Positions 17,299-27,399 of a stretch of DNA of 64,000 nucleotides are shown piece after piece. The notes under the pieces were generated by a model. The model had not been told where the DNA came from. It saw nothing but the letters and a program-made list of their open reading frames with translations, and did not search any database. The translations under genes and the position numbers were made by a program. The stretch is from a virus, in IMG/VR virus record IMGVR_UViG_3300037308_000134, positions 1 through 64,000 of that record, one strand, 5' to 3'. Positions within the stretch are counted from its first letter, which is position 1. Every line of letters begins with the position of its first letter.

Positions 17299-18762
17299 TC
17301 ATGCTGTTTCTATTTTAGATTTGGCGATAGGTTTAATTTCATCCATCTTCAAATCTGTTGGTGGTTTATATTCAGCTCTTTCTTTTTCCAATTGGGTATG
17401 AAGATTGGTAAAAACATCATCCCATTGTTTTACGATATTACTCCATTCGTACTGTTTAACCCAATCATATGCACGATCTGTAATAGCTTTAACTTTATCT
17501 GGATTATCATATACCCAAACAAGCTTTTTAACAGCATCATCCACATTTACCAATGGGCGTGGTCTTTCTAAATCTTGAACCCCAAATGTTGCCCACTCAG
17601 AACTTGTAGAAGCACACTTAATTGGCACTCCACGAACTTTTTCCCACAACTTATCCATATCGCTAATATCTTCTTTAGCATCATATCCATGTAGCTCAGG
17701 ATGACACGTATTATTTGGAGCAACAACCACTGTTTTGGTAGCCATTCCTTCAAAATTATAAAAACCAAATCCTTCGCCAAGCGTTGTGGATAATACACAA
17801 TTAGAAACGTTATATAAAAGATTAACAGCTTCAACTGGAAATCCAGTATTTGCACTAAATGAAGCTGGATATCCCCAATCTTTTCCAAGCTCTAAGTGCC
17901 AATTGCTTGCATACCCCTTTAATGAACCCCACACATCAGACTCTTGGGCATGAATATATAAGAAAGAATCTGGTCTACGCTTTTGGAATTCTTTAAAAAT
18001 TGCCATCGCACGTGGAATATCTTTGCGCATTTGGTTTCGTGCTATAACAGTTACAATAAACGTATCATCGGTTAATCTGTTTTCAAAATATTGTTTTCTA
18101 AAACCACTTTTAGTTTTTTCATCTAATGGTTTAAATTGATCTGGATTATAACCATGATAGATAACTTTCATTCTGCTTGTTACATTTGTTTTATTTTCAT
18201 TTAAAGTTCTATCTCCAAATTCAATCTCTTTAATTCCATAATTTGTATATGCTATTGTTTCATCAAACTTATTAATAGCGTGTTGTACCCAATTACCCTT
18301 AATAACACTATCTATCGGCCAATAAGCAACTGTTTTAAACCAAGCTTTTGGATTAACTTTCTTTTTATATGTTTCCTGTATCGTTGCCATCACATCTGCT
18401 GTTGATTGATTAAACACTGGCAATGTTTCTTCTAAGATAAATGGGTCATTTAAACAAAAAACAATATCCCACGGTGGTTTTATCTCAGGGTCTTTACCAG
18501 CAAGTGCAGCAATTAAACGTGGTCTCCCATGAAAATCTTCTGCCGTGCTAAGTGGATTTTTAGCTGGATAAATTCTGAAAGGATATTTATTTGGGTCTTT
18601 CCATCCGCCACGATCATTAATACCAATAATATCTATTTCATATTTTCCACTATTAGCTAATGGTGTAAAAACATTTTTAATAACAGTGGAAAATCCAGTG
18701 GCACAATCTGGAGTATCCCCCCACACCAACATGTAAATTGGTTTCTTTTTTTCTTCGTTCAT
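17299..18762 (-). CDS. GT-B fold glycosyltransferase (GT4-like)
   Basis: EX7E motif EGFGFYNFEGMA in the C-terminal half. Confidence 0.65.
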   Translation of the reverse strand: MNEEKKKPIYMLVWGDTPDCATGFSTVIKNVFTPLANSGKYEIDIIGINDRGGWKDPNKYPFRIYPAKNPLSTAEDFHGRPRLIAALAGKDPEIKPPWDIVFCLNDPFILEETLPVFNQSTADVMATIQETYKKKVNPKAWFKTVAYWPIDSVIKGNWVQHAINKFDETIAYTNYGIKEIEFGDRTLNENKTNVTSRMKVIYHGYNPDQFKPLDEKTKSGFRKQYFENRLTDDTFIVTVIARNQMRKDIPRAMAIFKEFQKRRPDSFLYIHAQESDVWGSLKGYASNWHLELGKDWGYPASFSANTGFPVEAVNLLYNVSNCVLSTTLGEGFGFYNFEGMATKTVVVAPNNTCHPELHGYDAKEDISDMDKLWEKVRGVPIKCASTSSEWATFGVQDLERPRPLVNVDDAVKKLVWVYDNPDKVKAITDRAYDWVKQYEWSNIVKQWDDVFTNLHTQLEKERAEYKPPTDLKMDEIKPIAKSKIETA

Positions 18763-19598
18763 ATTCCTCCTTTTGGTTCTGGTTGTGGACCGAATGATTC
18801 AACTGGCTCAAATGGACCTTTATATTCATATCGTAAAGGATCGTCATTTGTTAATGGTTTATATTGCGGGTCCCATCCCCATTTTCTTACAAAATACATA
18901 CGATTATTCTCATAAGAAAATCCATTTTTATAATTTAACTCATTATCTGTTTTGATTGTTCTTGATCCAAAATGATAAAATAAAGCTGATGCTGTCTTTC
19001 CAGCTTTAAATCCAGCCCGCAAGATACGATTATGCATATCATTATCTTCAAAGTATGCCATTTGGAATTGATCATCAAATAATCCTGGCACTGGCTCTTT
19101 AGTTCCAAGCTCTTTTTCCCTAAATCTATTAATAAAATCATTCTTAACCATAAAACATGAGAAGTGTGGCGCTTCGTCAAATGAATCATTAATTTCCACT
19201 TCCTCTAACTTATTTTTTACTGCATACGAATTAGCTGTCCACATAATAAATTCTGGATGAGTTTCTGCAAATTGAACAAGATTATCTATACAGTCTGATC
19301 TGAAAATAATGTCATTATTTGGAATTAAAATATAATCAAAACCATTCATTGTGCCATGAATAATTGCTTGATTCCACGCCTTAGAAACACTATTTCTATC
19401 GCTCTTAAAATAAATATACTTTAACTTTTGTTCTTCTAAAAATTCTTGCAGTTTATTTTGTTGTTCTTCTTCTGCATAAGTTTGCACAATACACACAAGC
19501 ACTTCATGTTTAGTCTGAATTGATTTAATAGTCATTTCAGTAAACTCACGTTGAATGTCATTAGATATGTATGTTGCTATTCCAATACAAATTTTCAT
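18759..19598 (-). CDS. GT2-like glycosyltransferase
   Basis: MKICIGIATY... N-terminus and ILIPNNDIIF acidic motif. Start trimmed to the ATG after SD GGGAG (TAAtATG junction). Confidence 0.55.
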   Translation of the reverse strand: MKICIGIATYISNDIQREFTEMTIKSIQTKHEVLVCIVQTYAEEEQQNKLQEFLEEQKLKYIYFKSDRNSVSKAWNQAIIHGTMNGFDYILIPNNDIIFRSDCIDNLVQFAETHPEFIMWTANSYAVKNKLEEVEINDSFDEAPHFSCFMVKNDFINRFREKELGTKEPVPGLFDDQFQMAYFEDNDMHNRILRAGFKAGKTASALFYHFGSRTIKTDNELNYKNGFSYENNRMYFVRKWGWDPQYKPLTNDDPLRYEYKGPFEPVESFGPQPEPKGGI

Positions 19599-19599
19599 A

Positions 19600-20196
19600 T
19601 TATCTCCCAATAATTAAATGTGGTCTATCTTCAAAAACAGATTTACTAAATTTAAAATGCTTCAAGTTATATTTAGACTTAAGTCTATTATATATCTCTT
19701 CAAAATCAGACTTAGAATATCCAAATACTTCAGAGTCTTTTGGTGCTACTTCTACAATGTCACCTATAAGTAGTTTACCACCTTCTGCTGTTACTCTTAA
19801 AAGCTCAGAGATAGTTGCTTCAAACATATTACGTGGAACATATTGAATCAAAGCCATTGTAATCACTTTATCAAATTGCTCATCATAAAACATAGTTAAG
19901 TTATTGGCAGCAGAATGTACAATATGAACTTGATGTCTTTTATATGCAAGACTAACCATTTCTCTAGACCAATCAACTCCAACAATAAATTTACATTTAT
20001 CTTTTAAATATGGATAAAACTCAAAAGACCCACAACCAACTTCAAGCACGTTATCGTATTTACTGAACTTCATTAACTGATCAACTTGATCAAAAGCTTG
20101 TTCATAATCATATCTATCTGGTCGTAAATTTTTCCACAATAAACTATTTTCTTCTTTCTTGGGGTGATCTTCCCAAAATAAAGCCCAATTAAACAT
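19600..20196 (-). CDS. Class I SAM-dependent methyltransferase
   Basis: Motif I VLEVGCGSFEF plus downstream acidic and hydrophobic motifs. Confidence 0.7.
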   Translation of the reverse strand: MFNWALFWEDHPKKEENSLLWKNLRPDRYDYEQAFDQVDQLMKFSKYDNVLEVGCGSFEFYPYLKDKCKFIVGVDWSREMVSLAYKRHQVHIVHSAANNLTMFYDEQFDKVITMALIQYVPRNMFEATISELLRVTAEGGKLLIGDIVEVAPKDSEVFGYSKSDFEEIYNRLKSKYNLKHFKFSKSVFEDRPHLIIGR

Positions 20197-20638
20197 ACGC
20201 CCTCCTTTTCATGACAATTACTTGTCCATATTGTGTAATATCTTCAGACCATTTTCTGAAACCAAGTTTTCTATAAATTCTTAAAGCTGCTGTATTTGTT
20301 TTAAAAACATCAAGCCACAACTCACTATTCATCTGACCAATTAACATCTTAAATAATTGTGAACCGAAATGTTTTCCCCTAAACATTTTTATAACGCCAC
20401 CGCTTATCCAATTCTTTCCATCCTCTTTCTTTTGAATAAAACCATATCCAATCGGAATAATTCCATTCCAAAATAAATATGCTGATCCAGGATGATTTGG
20501 ATATATTTCATTAAACCATTTTATCTGCTTTGATATTGTTAACTTAGATTGATCGTGCGTCAAAAATGTACGACAATCATTTCTGATAAACATTAAGATA
20601 ATCGCTTGCCACAACTTTTCAACTTTGGTCATTTTCAT
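20189..20638 (-). CDS. GNAT-family N-acetyltransferase
   Basis: RGKHFGSQLFKMLI (R/Q-x-x-G-x-G/A) acetyl-CoA motif. 149 aa. Confidence 0.65.
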   Translation of the reverse strand: MKMTKVEKLWQAIILMFIRNDCRTFLTHDQSKLTISKQIKWFNEIYPNHPGSAYLFWNGIIPIGYGFIQKKEDGKNWISGGVIKMFRGKHFGSQLFKMLIGQMNSELWLDVFKTNTAALRIYRKLGFRKWSEDITQYGQVIVMKRRAYV

Positions 20639-21582
20639 GCGTATCCATACTTCTTGACATGCTCCATATACTCTGCAACTCCACTCTCCAGAGTATATCT
20701 AGGCTGCCAGTTTAGCATCCTCTTGGCTTTTTCATTACTCAATGATCCACGTTTTGGTCTATCAAAAACAGATTTCACTTCATAACGCATATTTGGATAA
20801 TACTTCTGTACAACTTGAACATATTCCAGAAGTGAAGCAGGCTTCCCACCACTAATATGAAACGCTTCGCCAACTGGAGCTTCTAAAATAACTTTTGCTA
20901 ATCCTTCAACAAAATCTTTAATATATATATAGTCTAATACAGCTTCTTTGTTTACCCAAAACGGTTCATCATTAATTGCTTTATTAATAAATATCTGTGT
21001 GGCACGATTGTTTATATCGCCAAATCCATATACAGATGTTGTTCTTACGACATTCCAATTAGTTAACTGTGACTTAGCAAGTAGTTCACCAACCATCTTA
21101 GAAATTCCATATGGCGTTTTAGGATTGAGCAATTGATCTTCTGTAGCAGTTCCCTCAAAATCACCATACGCAAAAAGAGATGACATATATACATACTTAT
21201 CTATTTTATATTTTTTAGCCAAAGAAACAGCATCATAAGAAATCATAATATCGCCACTTAATTGTATTTGTGATTCATCACTTTCAAATGGCTTCTCAAG
21301 AGGTGTAGCTGCTAAGTTAACAATAATATTTGGTTTCTCATTTTCCATTAGATATGTTCCAGCACGTGCAAAGTTTTGAGCATAATATGGTATTTCATGC
21401 AAATGAAGCAACTCTGAAGCCCTAAAATCCCTTACTTTTTCATTGTAAACACCATCAACTTCATAACTACGAACATTAGAATCTACAACTATAATAGATT
21501 GTCCAAGTTCATATAAATGATGTGTTAACCATGAGCCAATAAAACCAGCTCCGCCAATAATTAAGATTCTATTTTCTTTCAT
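20635..21582 (-). CDS. NAD-dependent sugar epimerase/dehydratase (extended SDR)
   Basis: IIGGAGFIGSWL Rossmann motif and YGISK catalytic YxxxK. Confidence 0.85.
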   Translation of the reverse strand: MKENRILIIGGAGFIGSWLTHHLYELGQSIIVVDSNVRSYEVDGVYNEKVRDFRASELLHLHEIPYYAQNFARAGTYLMENEKPNIIVNLAATPLEKPFESDESQIQLSGDIMISYDAVSLAKKYKIDKYVYMSSLFAYGDFEGTATEDQLLNPKTPYGISKMVGELLAKSQLTNWNVVRTTSVYGFGDINNRATQIFINKAINDEPFWVNKEAVLDYIYIKDFVEGLAKVILEAPVGEAFHISGGKPASLLEYVQVVQKYYPNMRYEVKSVFDRPKRGSLSNEKAKRMLNWQPRYTLESGVAEYMEHVKKYGYA

Positions 21583-22337
21583 GATTTTGTCTCCTCTACT
21601 ACAAACTGAGCTGTTGCTCCGCTATCTAAAACGACAGAGCCTGGCTCAGCTCCACCATACTTTAAAGATTGCCATCTACCAGCACCTGTCCAACTGCCTT
21701 CGTGGTAAATGTGAACATCAAGCACTTTTTTAATTGGATAAAACAGAAAACCAGCTTTTGCAAGCTTCTCCCAATATGCCCCATCAGCTGCTCCCCACAG
21801 TCCTTTATCATTCGGCCAGTTACCACATACTTTAATACAACTTGCTCTATGCATCACAGAAGAATGGTCTACAAGAGTATTTGGATTATCCAAAACATGT
21901 TCAGCATCACGGGTAGAAGATGCTATTTCACGATCATCAAATATACGAATCATTCTCTGTCTTCCATATACAACGCTTACATCTGGATGTTCATCTAAAT
22001 AATCAACCATTGTTTTTAATCTATAATCAAAAAAATAATCATCATCACAAAGATAAGTAACAAATTCCCCATGAAGCATGGTAAAAGCTATGTTAACCAA
22101 ATCTGCATATCTTACTGTTTTTACTCTATCTTCATCTTTAACATCTGACTGATAAAATATTACTTTAGGGTGATTTTTATACTTATCTAAAATCGCCAGT
22201 TGTTGTGGCATTTTAGAATTATCATCCATCAGTAATATCTCAAAATCTTGATACGTCTGATTCAACACGCTTTGTATAGCTTTCTCAAGCATGTCTGGTC
22301 TATGATATGTTGTGATTATGACAGAAACTCTTGGCAT
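21579..22337 (-). CDS. GT2-family glycosyltransferase
   Basis: MPRVSVIITTYHRPDMLEKAIQSVLNQTYQDFEILLMDDNS. Start trimmed to this Met (TAAtATG junction). Confidence 0.85.
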   Translation of the reverse strand: MPRVSVIITTYHRPDMLEKAIQSVLNQTYQDFEILLMDDNSKMPQQLAILDKYKNHPKVIFYQSDVKDEDRVKTVRYADLVNIAFTMLHGEFVTYLCDDDYFFDYRLKTMVDYLDEHPDVSVVYGRQRMIRIFDDREIASSTRDAEHVLDNPNTLVDHSSVMHRASCIKVCGNWPNDKGLWGAADGAYWEKLAKAGFLFYPIKKVLDVHIYHEGSWTGAGRWQSLKYGGAEPGSVVLDSGATAQFVVEETKS

Positions 22338-22338
22338 A

Positions 22339-23553
22339 TTAAAAATAAGACTGATCAAAAAATTCTTTAAATGACGCTATTACATAATCAATCATCTCAT
22401 CAGTGACACTTGGATGCGTACTGACAAAAAACGCTTGTCGCAAAATCATGTCTGACTCTTTAAGATTTGTAACAACACTATAATGATAACCAGTCCTATA
22501 TGCTGGTTGTTTAGTAATATTTCCAGCAAATATGACACGTGTTTCTATATTCTTCTTCTCTAGAAACCTCCGCAACTCTGGTCGCTGATCTGGTGTTTTC
22601 ACTATAATTGGAAATGCAAACCAACTTACATCTGCATCTGGTAATGTATATGGAAGCTGTAAAAATGACTCTAATGGCATTAATCCTTCTAATAAACGGT
22701 CATGATTATGCTTTCTCGCTGCTTTAATTGCATCTAATTTAGTCAACTGTACTCTTCCCATAGCCGCCTGGAGTTCAATTGGTTTCAGATTAAATCCTTT
22801 TGTTATGTATGTATAACGAGCTGGATAATCTTCTGGCAAACCTTCATATTGCTGATCTAAATCTGAATCACCAACTCTTCCCCATTCCCTAAGAGACCTA
22901 GCAATTTTATTCACACGCTCATGATTGCAAAACATTGCTCCGCCTTCTCCAGTGGTTATAATATGAGCTGCGTGAAAAGATGTTGCTGACACATCTGCCC
23001 AAGCTTCTACTGATTTCCCTTTATACATCGTTCCAAATCCATCACAATTATCAACAATCACTTTCCACCCTTTAGATTTTGCAAAATTAATCACTTCCTC
23101 ATAATCACCAATATTTCCAGCAATATTCACAAGCGCTATTGCTCCAACATCAGCCATCATTTCTGGTGGCATCGCATTTAGTGTTTTAATATCTATAAAC
23201 AGCGTGCGTGGATCAACATCTACAAACACAGGTTCATACCGATTAACAATTGCGGCGCTAACAATCGTTGGAAAGTTAACGGCTGGAATCAAAATCTTAG
23301 TACCTGGCGTCATATCAAGTGCAGACATTCCAAGTAATAAAGCTGAAGAACCTGAATTTGTGTATATTGCATACTTAGCGCCAACATGCGCAGCTAATTC
23401 TTCTTCAAACAATCGTGCCTCTTCATCAATAGTCCACCAATTTCTATCTAACACACTCTGGATAGCTTTAATTTCCCTCTCATCTATTACTGCTCCACCA
23501 TATTTTATTCTGGTTTTGCCTGGTATAAATTCTTCATGAGTATCAGCTTGCAT
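22339..23553 (-). CDS. DegT/DnrJ/EryC1-family PLP/PMP enzyme with His replacing the Schiff-base Lys; candidate sugar 3-dehydratase (ColD/E1-like)
   Basis: The family motif SFH-x-x-K-x-ITTGEGG reads SFHAAHIITTGEGG here. Confidence 0.6.
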   Translation of the reverse strand: MQADTHEEFIPGKTRIKYGGAVIDEREIKAIQSVLDRNWWTIDEEARLFEEELAAHVGAKYAIYTNSGSSALLLGMSALDMTPGTKILIPAVNFPTIVSAAIVNRYEPVFVDVDPRTLFIDIKTLNAMPPEMMADVGAIALVNIAGNIGDYEEVINFAKSKGWKVIVDNCDGFGTMYKGKSVEAWADVSATSFHAAHIITTGEGGAMFCNHERVNKIARSLREWGRVGDSDLDQQYEGLPEDYPARYTYITKGFNLKPIELQAAMGRVQLTKLDAIKAARKHNHDRLLEGLMPLESFLQLPYTLPDADVSWFAFPIIVKTPDQRPELRRFLEKKNIETRVIFAGNITKQPAYRTGYHYSVVTNLKESDMILRQAFFVSTHPSVTDEMIDYVIASFKEFFDQSYF

Positions 23554-23555
23554 AT

Positions 23556-24404
23556 TTATCTCCTTTCATACTTCCAATCTTTTGTAACGGTCATTGGAAT
23601 AAAATGTTTTTGATCACGATATTCACCTAAAAATCTTTTTTCGGCTTCTAGATAAATATAATGATCTCCTTTATTAATCTCATATGCGAGATTATGCTTA
23701 TCACACCATTGCATTGATGCTTTTTGATATTCTGGTTCGGCACACGAAGTAATACCACCCATATGATCTATTTCTGTACCAAGAACAGCCACAGACCAAC
23801 CACTCTCTATTGTTCTAATTGACCAGATTCTGTCATAGAAATGACATGGAGTAATACTGTTATCTATCTTTAAAAATGGAACAACTGTTGCTCTGAAAAG
23901 CATAAATAAGCTATCTAAAACAACTGCTGGCTCAACTCCAGTCACTCTCAATCCAGCTGCCTGAGACTGTCCTTTGCTACCATTGAAGAAACACATTGTT
24001 CCACCACCTCTTCCACCATTTTCATCTGCTTCATATGAACCAACTAAACCAATAACACCTATATGATTGAAATCTTGAAAAGCTTTAACTGCTCTTTCAT
24101 CCCAACCATGCTCGTAAAAAATAACATCATTATGAATAAGACCAACATGATCAGTTTCTGGATTTTTAACATACTGCATCAATTGAAGTAGTGGATAATA
24201 ATATCCTTTATTTTCATCGTTCCTGATAATTTTTATTTTAAATGGAACATCTGGAAACTCGTCTAATGAATACTTATCAGAGGAATTGTTATCTATAATT
24301 ACAAATAGAAAGTCATCCGTATTCTTAACGGTATTCTTCAAGCTTTCTACCAACGATTTGGTGAATTGCTTCTGATTAATAACTGGACATCCTAAAATAA
24401 TCAT
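23556..24404 (-). CDS. GT2-like glycosyltransferase
   Basis: FLFVIIDNNSSDKY motif near the N-terminus. Start trimmed to the ATG at a TAAtATG junction. Confidence 0.55.
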   Translation of the reverse strand: MIILGCPVINQKQFTKSLVESLKNTVKNTDDFLFVIIDNNSSDKYSLDEFPDVPFKIKIIRNDENKGYYYPLLQLMQYVKNPETDHVGLIHNDVIFYEHGWDERAVKAFQDFNHIGVIGLVGSYEADENGGRGGGTMCFFNGSKGQSQAAGLRVTGVEPAVVLDSLFMLFRATVVPFLKIDNSITPCHFYDRIWSIRTIESGWSVAVLGTEIDHMGGITSCAEPEYQKASMQWCDKHNLAYEINKGDHYIYLEAEKRFLGEYRDQKHFIPMTVTKDWKYERR

Positions 24405-24405
24405 A

Positions 24406-25593
24406 TTATCCACACGTACATAATATATCTTTACCTTTGGTTATATTAATGTTTTCACATTGACTAATAAAGTTTTTACACAAAGTCACAATTCTTTCTT
24501 TATCTTCTTGCGTTAAACTCCAATTCACTGGAATACATACCATGCGATTATTATATTCTGTAACATTCGGTAACACACACTTAGATGACTTAAAAGCAGA
24601 GTGAGTGTCATTGCGGGCATGTACACGAGATACTTGTACACCATTTTGCTTCATATATTCCACAAAACGATCTCTATACTCAGCTTTGGGCAAAACAACC
24701 GTGTAAAGCCAATAAGATGGCTCACAGCTATATTGTAAGTACTTTGTGTGAGGAACATAAAAATCAGCTGGAAGCGAAGCTTGATAGTATTTAGCATTAT
24801 CACGATGCATCTTTAAAATCCTGTCAATGTGATCCATTTGCACAATTCCAATAGTAGCAGCCACATCATTCATATGAAACTTATATCCCCAATCTACGAT
24901 ATCTTCTTCTATACGTGAATCTTTTCTATCTGTTTCTCTATCAATACCATACCAACGAAGCAATTTTCCACGCCGATAATCTTCCGTAGACTTACACATT
25001 AATAAACCGCCATCTACAGTAGTGATATGTTTAATCGCTTGTAAACTGAACATTGTAAAATCAGCTAACGTTCCAACTTTGCGATTTTTATATGTAGTAC
25101 CAAACGCATGTGCAGCATCTTCAATAACTTTAATATGATACTTTTCTCCAAGCTGCATAAGCGCATCTATATCACATGGAGTTCCCCCCCAATCAACACA
25201 TACAATCGCTTTAGTACGTGGAGTAATTTTACGCTCTACATCTAAAACATCAATTAAACCACTTCTCTTATCTACATCAGCCCACACAACTTTTCCATTA
25301 TTTGCAAGTATTGGCAAATTTGTCGCAGCACAAGTCATTGGAGTAGTAATCACTTCATCTTCTGGAGATTGTATACCAGATAATCTGTAAGCAAGATGAA
25401 GACCAGCTGTTCCATTATTTAATGTGAGAATGTTTCGTGTACCGAAGTATTTTGAGAGAATTTGTTCAAACTCGTCAACCTTTGGACCCTGACCTATATA
25501 ACCCGAATGAAGCACATCCAAGAGCGGTTTATCAACCTCTTTTGGCACATGTACAGCAAATAAAGGTATAAATTTCTGTGCTTTTGTGTCCAT
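24406..25593 (-). CDS. DegT/DnrJ/EryC1-family sugar aminotransferase
   Basis: FSLQAIKHITTVDGG with the canonical Lys retained. Confidence 0.8.
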   Translation of the reverse strand: MDTKAQKFIPLFAVHVPKEVDKPLLDVLHSGYIGQGPKVDEFEQILSKYFGTRNILTLNNGTAGLHLAYRLSGIQSPEDEVITTPMTCAATNLPILANNGKVVWADVDKRSGLIDVLDVERKITPRTKAIVCVDWGGTPCDIDALMQLGEKYHIKVIEDAAHAFGTTYKNRKVGTLADFTMFSLQAIKHITTVDGGLLMCKSTEDYRRGKLLRWYGIDRETDRKDSRIEEDIVDWGYKFHMNDVAATIGIVQMDHIDRILKMHRDNAKYYQASLPADFYVPHTKYLQYSCEPSYWLYTVVLPKAEYRDRFVEYMKQNGVQVSRVHARNDTHSAFKSSKCVLPNVTEYNNRMVCIPVNWSLTQEDKERIVTLCKNFISQCENINITKGKDILCTCG

Positions 25594-25636
25594 ACTATGA
25601 CTTATTTATACACCCAAATACCGTAAAAGGCAAGTG

Positions 25637-26539
25637 TTAAAGTTTATAGCCTCTAATCTTGTCTTTTTGATATTCACCAAATGTATATTTAATACTATTA
25701 TCCCTAAAGCTAAAATCTTCCAAAACATATAAAGGCGTAACTTCTTTCCATTTATTAAAAAACAACTCTGCGTTTGTATCGTGTGTCCATTTATCTCCAG
25801 TACGCCCCTTCTCATCACCTTCACGACTTTGAGCCGTTTGAGAGTCTATCCATGTCTGATATTGACCACGATTGGCTGTTAATCCAGACAAATGATGACA
25901 CGAAACACCAATCACAATATTGTTATACCCATGCCTTAATGATTCTAAGCAAATATCTCTATCATAGTAATGATGATATTTATATCTCTGATCAAATCCA
26001 CCAGTCTTACGCAACAACTCCATATCTATAATCATAGTAAAACCATCTACAGTGGCACATGGATGCCAATCTGTTTTTAACCTCATACCATGTTTTTCAG
26101 CTTCAAGCATATTTGACATGCCTGGAGCTTGACCAGACTTATCTACATCTTGAATTCGCTCACCAACTTTACCAATCCCTTGAACTCCAAAAAATCCAGC
26201 AACGCCTATATTTCCCATACTTTTGATTAATTGCAAAACAGTAACATCCCAATCTTTCTCATATATAAACACATCATCATGCATAATGGCTAAATATTCC
26301 GTTTGACAGTTCTCATACGCTTGCTGCATTGTTTTAACCAATCCAATATTTTGTTCATTACGTATATAATTAAGCTTACTTGGTTTAATATAATTACGAA
26401 AAACATCTTCTACTGGATCAGTAGAACCATTATCTATAATTAGAAATTCGGTAGCACGTGAAGTATTATCACGAAGGAGCTTCAGTATTCCGATAGCATC
26501 GGATAACTGATCCATAATCGGTATAGCAATAGTTAACAT
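25637..26539 (-). CDS. GT2-family glycosyltransferase
   Basis: EFLIIDNGSTDP and AIMHDDVFI motifs. Confidence 0.7.
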   Translation of the reverse strand: MLTIAIPIMDQLSDAIGILKLLRDNTSRATEFLIIDNGSTDPVEDVFRNYIKPSKLNYIRNEQNIGLVKTMQQAYENCQTEYLAIMHDDVFIYEKDWDVTVLQLIKSMGNIGVAGFFGVQGIGKVGERIQDVDKSGQAPGMSNMLEAEKHGMRLKTDWHPCATVDGFTMIIDMELLRKTGGFDQRYKYHHYYDRDICLESLRHGYNNIVIGVSCHHLSGLTANRGQYQTWIDSQTAQSREGDEKGRTGDKWTHDTNAELFFNKWKEVTPLYVLEDFSFRDNSIKYTFGEYQKDKIRGYKL

Positions 26540-27399
26540 ATTGTTTTATATTCTTCATTACTATTAATGATCGCTTCTAATATCTTTGTTAAAGATTTTG
26601 ACTTTTTCTTTAATACCCAATACATTCCATTAACATCTTTTGGTAAACACGCTCCAGAATATGGACCCTTATCTTTTAAACCATATATCGGGTTATAGAT
26701 ACCTTCACAACTTTTAGCGACCAACGGAAAGATAACTTCTGCTTTTGCATTAAAAATGTTACACGCAACCCTCATTTCATTAAAAAATGCTATTTTACAA
26801 GCGTTGTATATATTGTGAACATATTTTTCCATTTCTGCATCTTGTAACGAAACTCTAACTATTGGAGCGTCAAAATATTTAAAAACACTTTCTAAATAAT
26901 CACCAGATTGCTTATCTAACTGACCAATTAATGTTAATCGTGGATTTAAAGCGTCTTCCAGCGCACGATCTTGTCTAAGAAACTCTGGATTCATGCATAC
27001 TCCAAAATCTTTCTTTGGTTTTTTATTACTATGAATAGATATGTGTCTTTTAATTTTATGTGACGTACCTGGTGGAACTGTGCTTTTAATTGTAACAACA
27101 AAATATTTTTTAGTTCTTTTAAGTTGATAAGCCAATTTAAGCGTAGCTTTCATTAAATATTCCAAATTAATTGCACCATTTACAGTTGGCGTTTGAACTG
27201 TCAAAAAATAAATGTCACACAATAATTTTGCATAATTAACATCTTTTTCCAGATATGTTTCACATTTATATTTTTGTTTTAAGCTTATAAGCACATCTTT
27301 ATCTCTACCAACAAAAATAACTTCAAAGCCACGATGAATTAAAGCTATTCCAACAGCTTGTCCAACAACTCCAGCTCCAATGATGCATATTTTTTTCAT
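26533..27399 (-). CDS. UDP-glucose/GDP-mannose dehydrogenase family protein (short form)
   Basis: MKKICIIGAGVVGQAVG Rossmann motif, NPEFLRQ motif and catalytic Cys context YSGACLPKD. Appears to lack the C-terminal domain. Confidence 0.7.
   Translation of the reverse strand: MKKICIIGAGVVGQAVGIALIHRGFEVIFVGRDKDVLISLKQKYKCETYLEKDVNYAKLLCDIYFLTVQTPTVNGAINLEYLMKATLKLAYQLKRTKKYFVVTIKSTVPPGTSHKIKRHISIHSNKKPKKDFGVCMNPEFLRQDRALEDALNPRLTLIGQLDKQSGDYLESVFKYFDAPIVRVSLQDAEMEKYVHNIYNACKIAFFNEMRVACNIFNAKAEVIFPLVAKSCEGIYNPIYGLKDKGPYSGACLPKDVNGMYWVLKKKSKSLTKILEAIINSNEEYKTIC

Noticed and set aside
2243-23539. Plus-strand ORFs inside the minus-strand arm (2243..2497, 3147..3434, 6181..6449, 9022..9971, 11724..11960, 12595..13350, 15519..16367, 16771..17571, 21669..21998, 23204..23539 and similar up to 43429)
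   Set aside because: All are embedded antisense in longer minus-strand genes with recognisable domains. They lack SD sequences and have AT-bias-type compositions.
13563-25824. Nested same-strand ORFs 13563..13832, 17568..17888, 18935..19189 and 25606..25824
   Set aside because: They are out-of-frame inside, or overlapping the 3-prime end of, portal and glycosyltransferase genes, with no start context.
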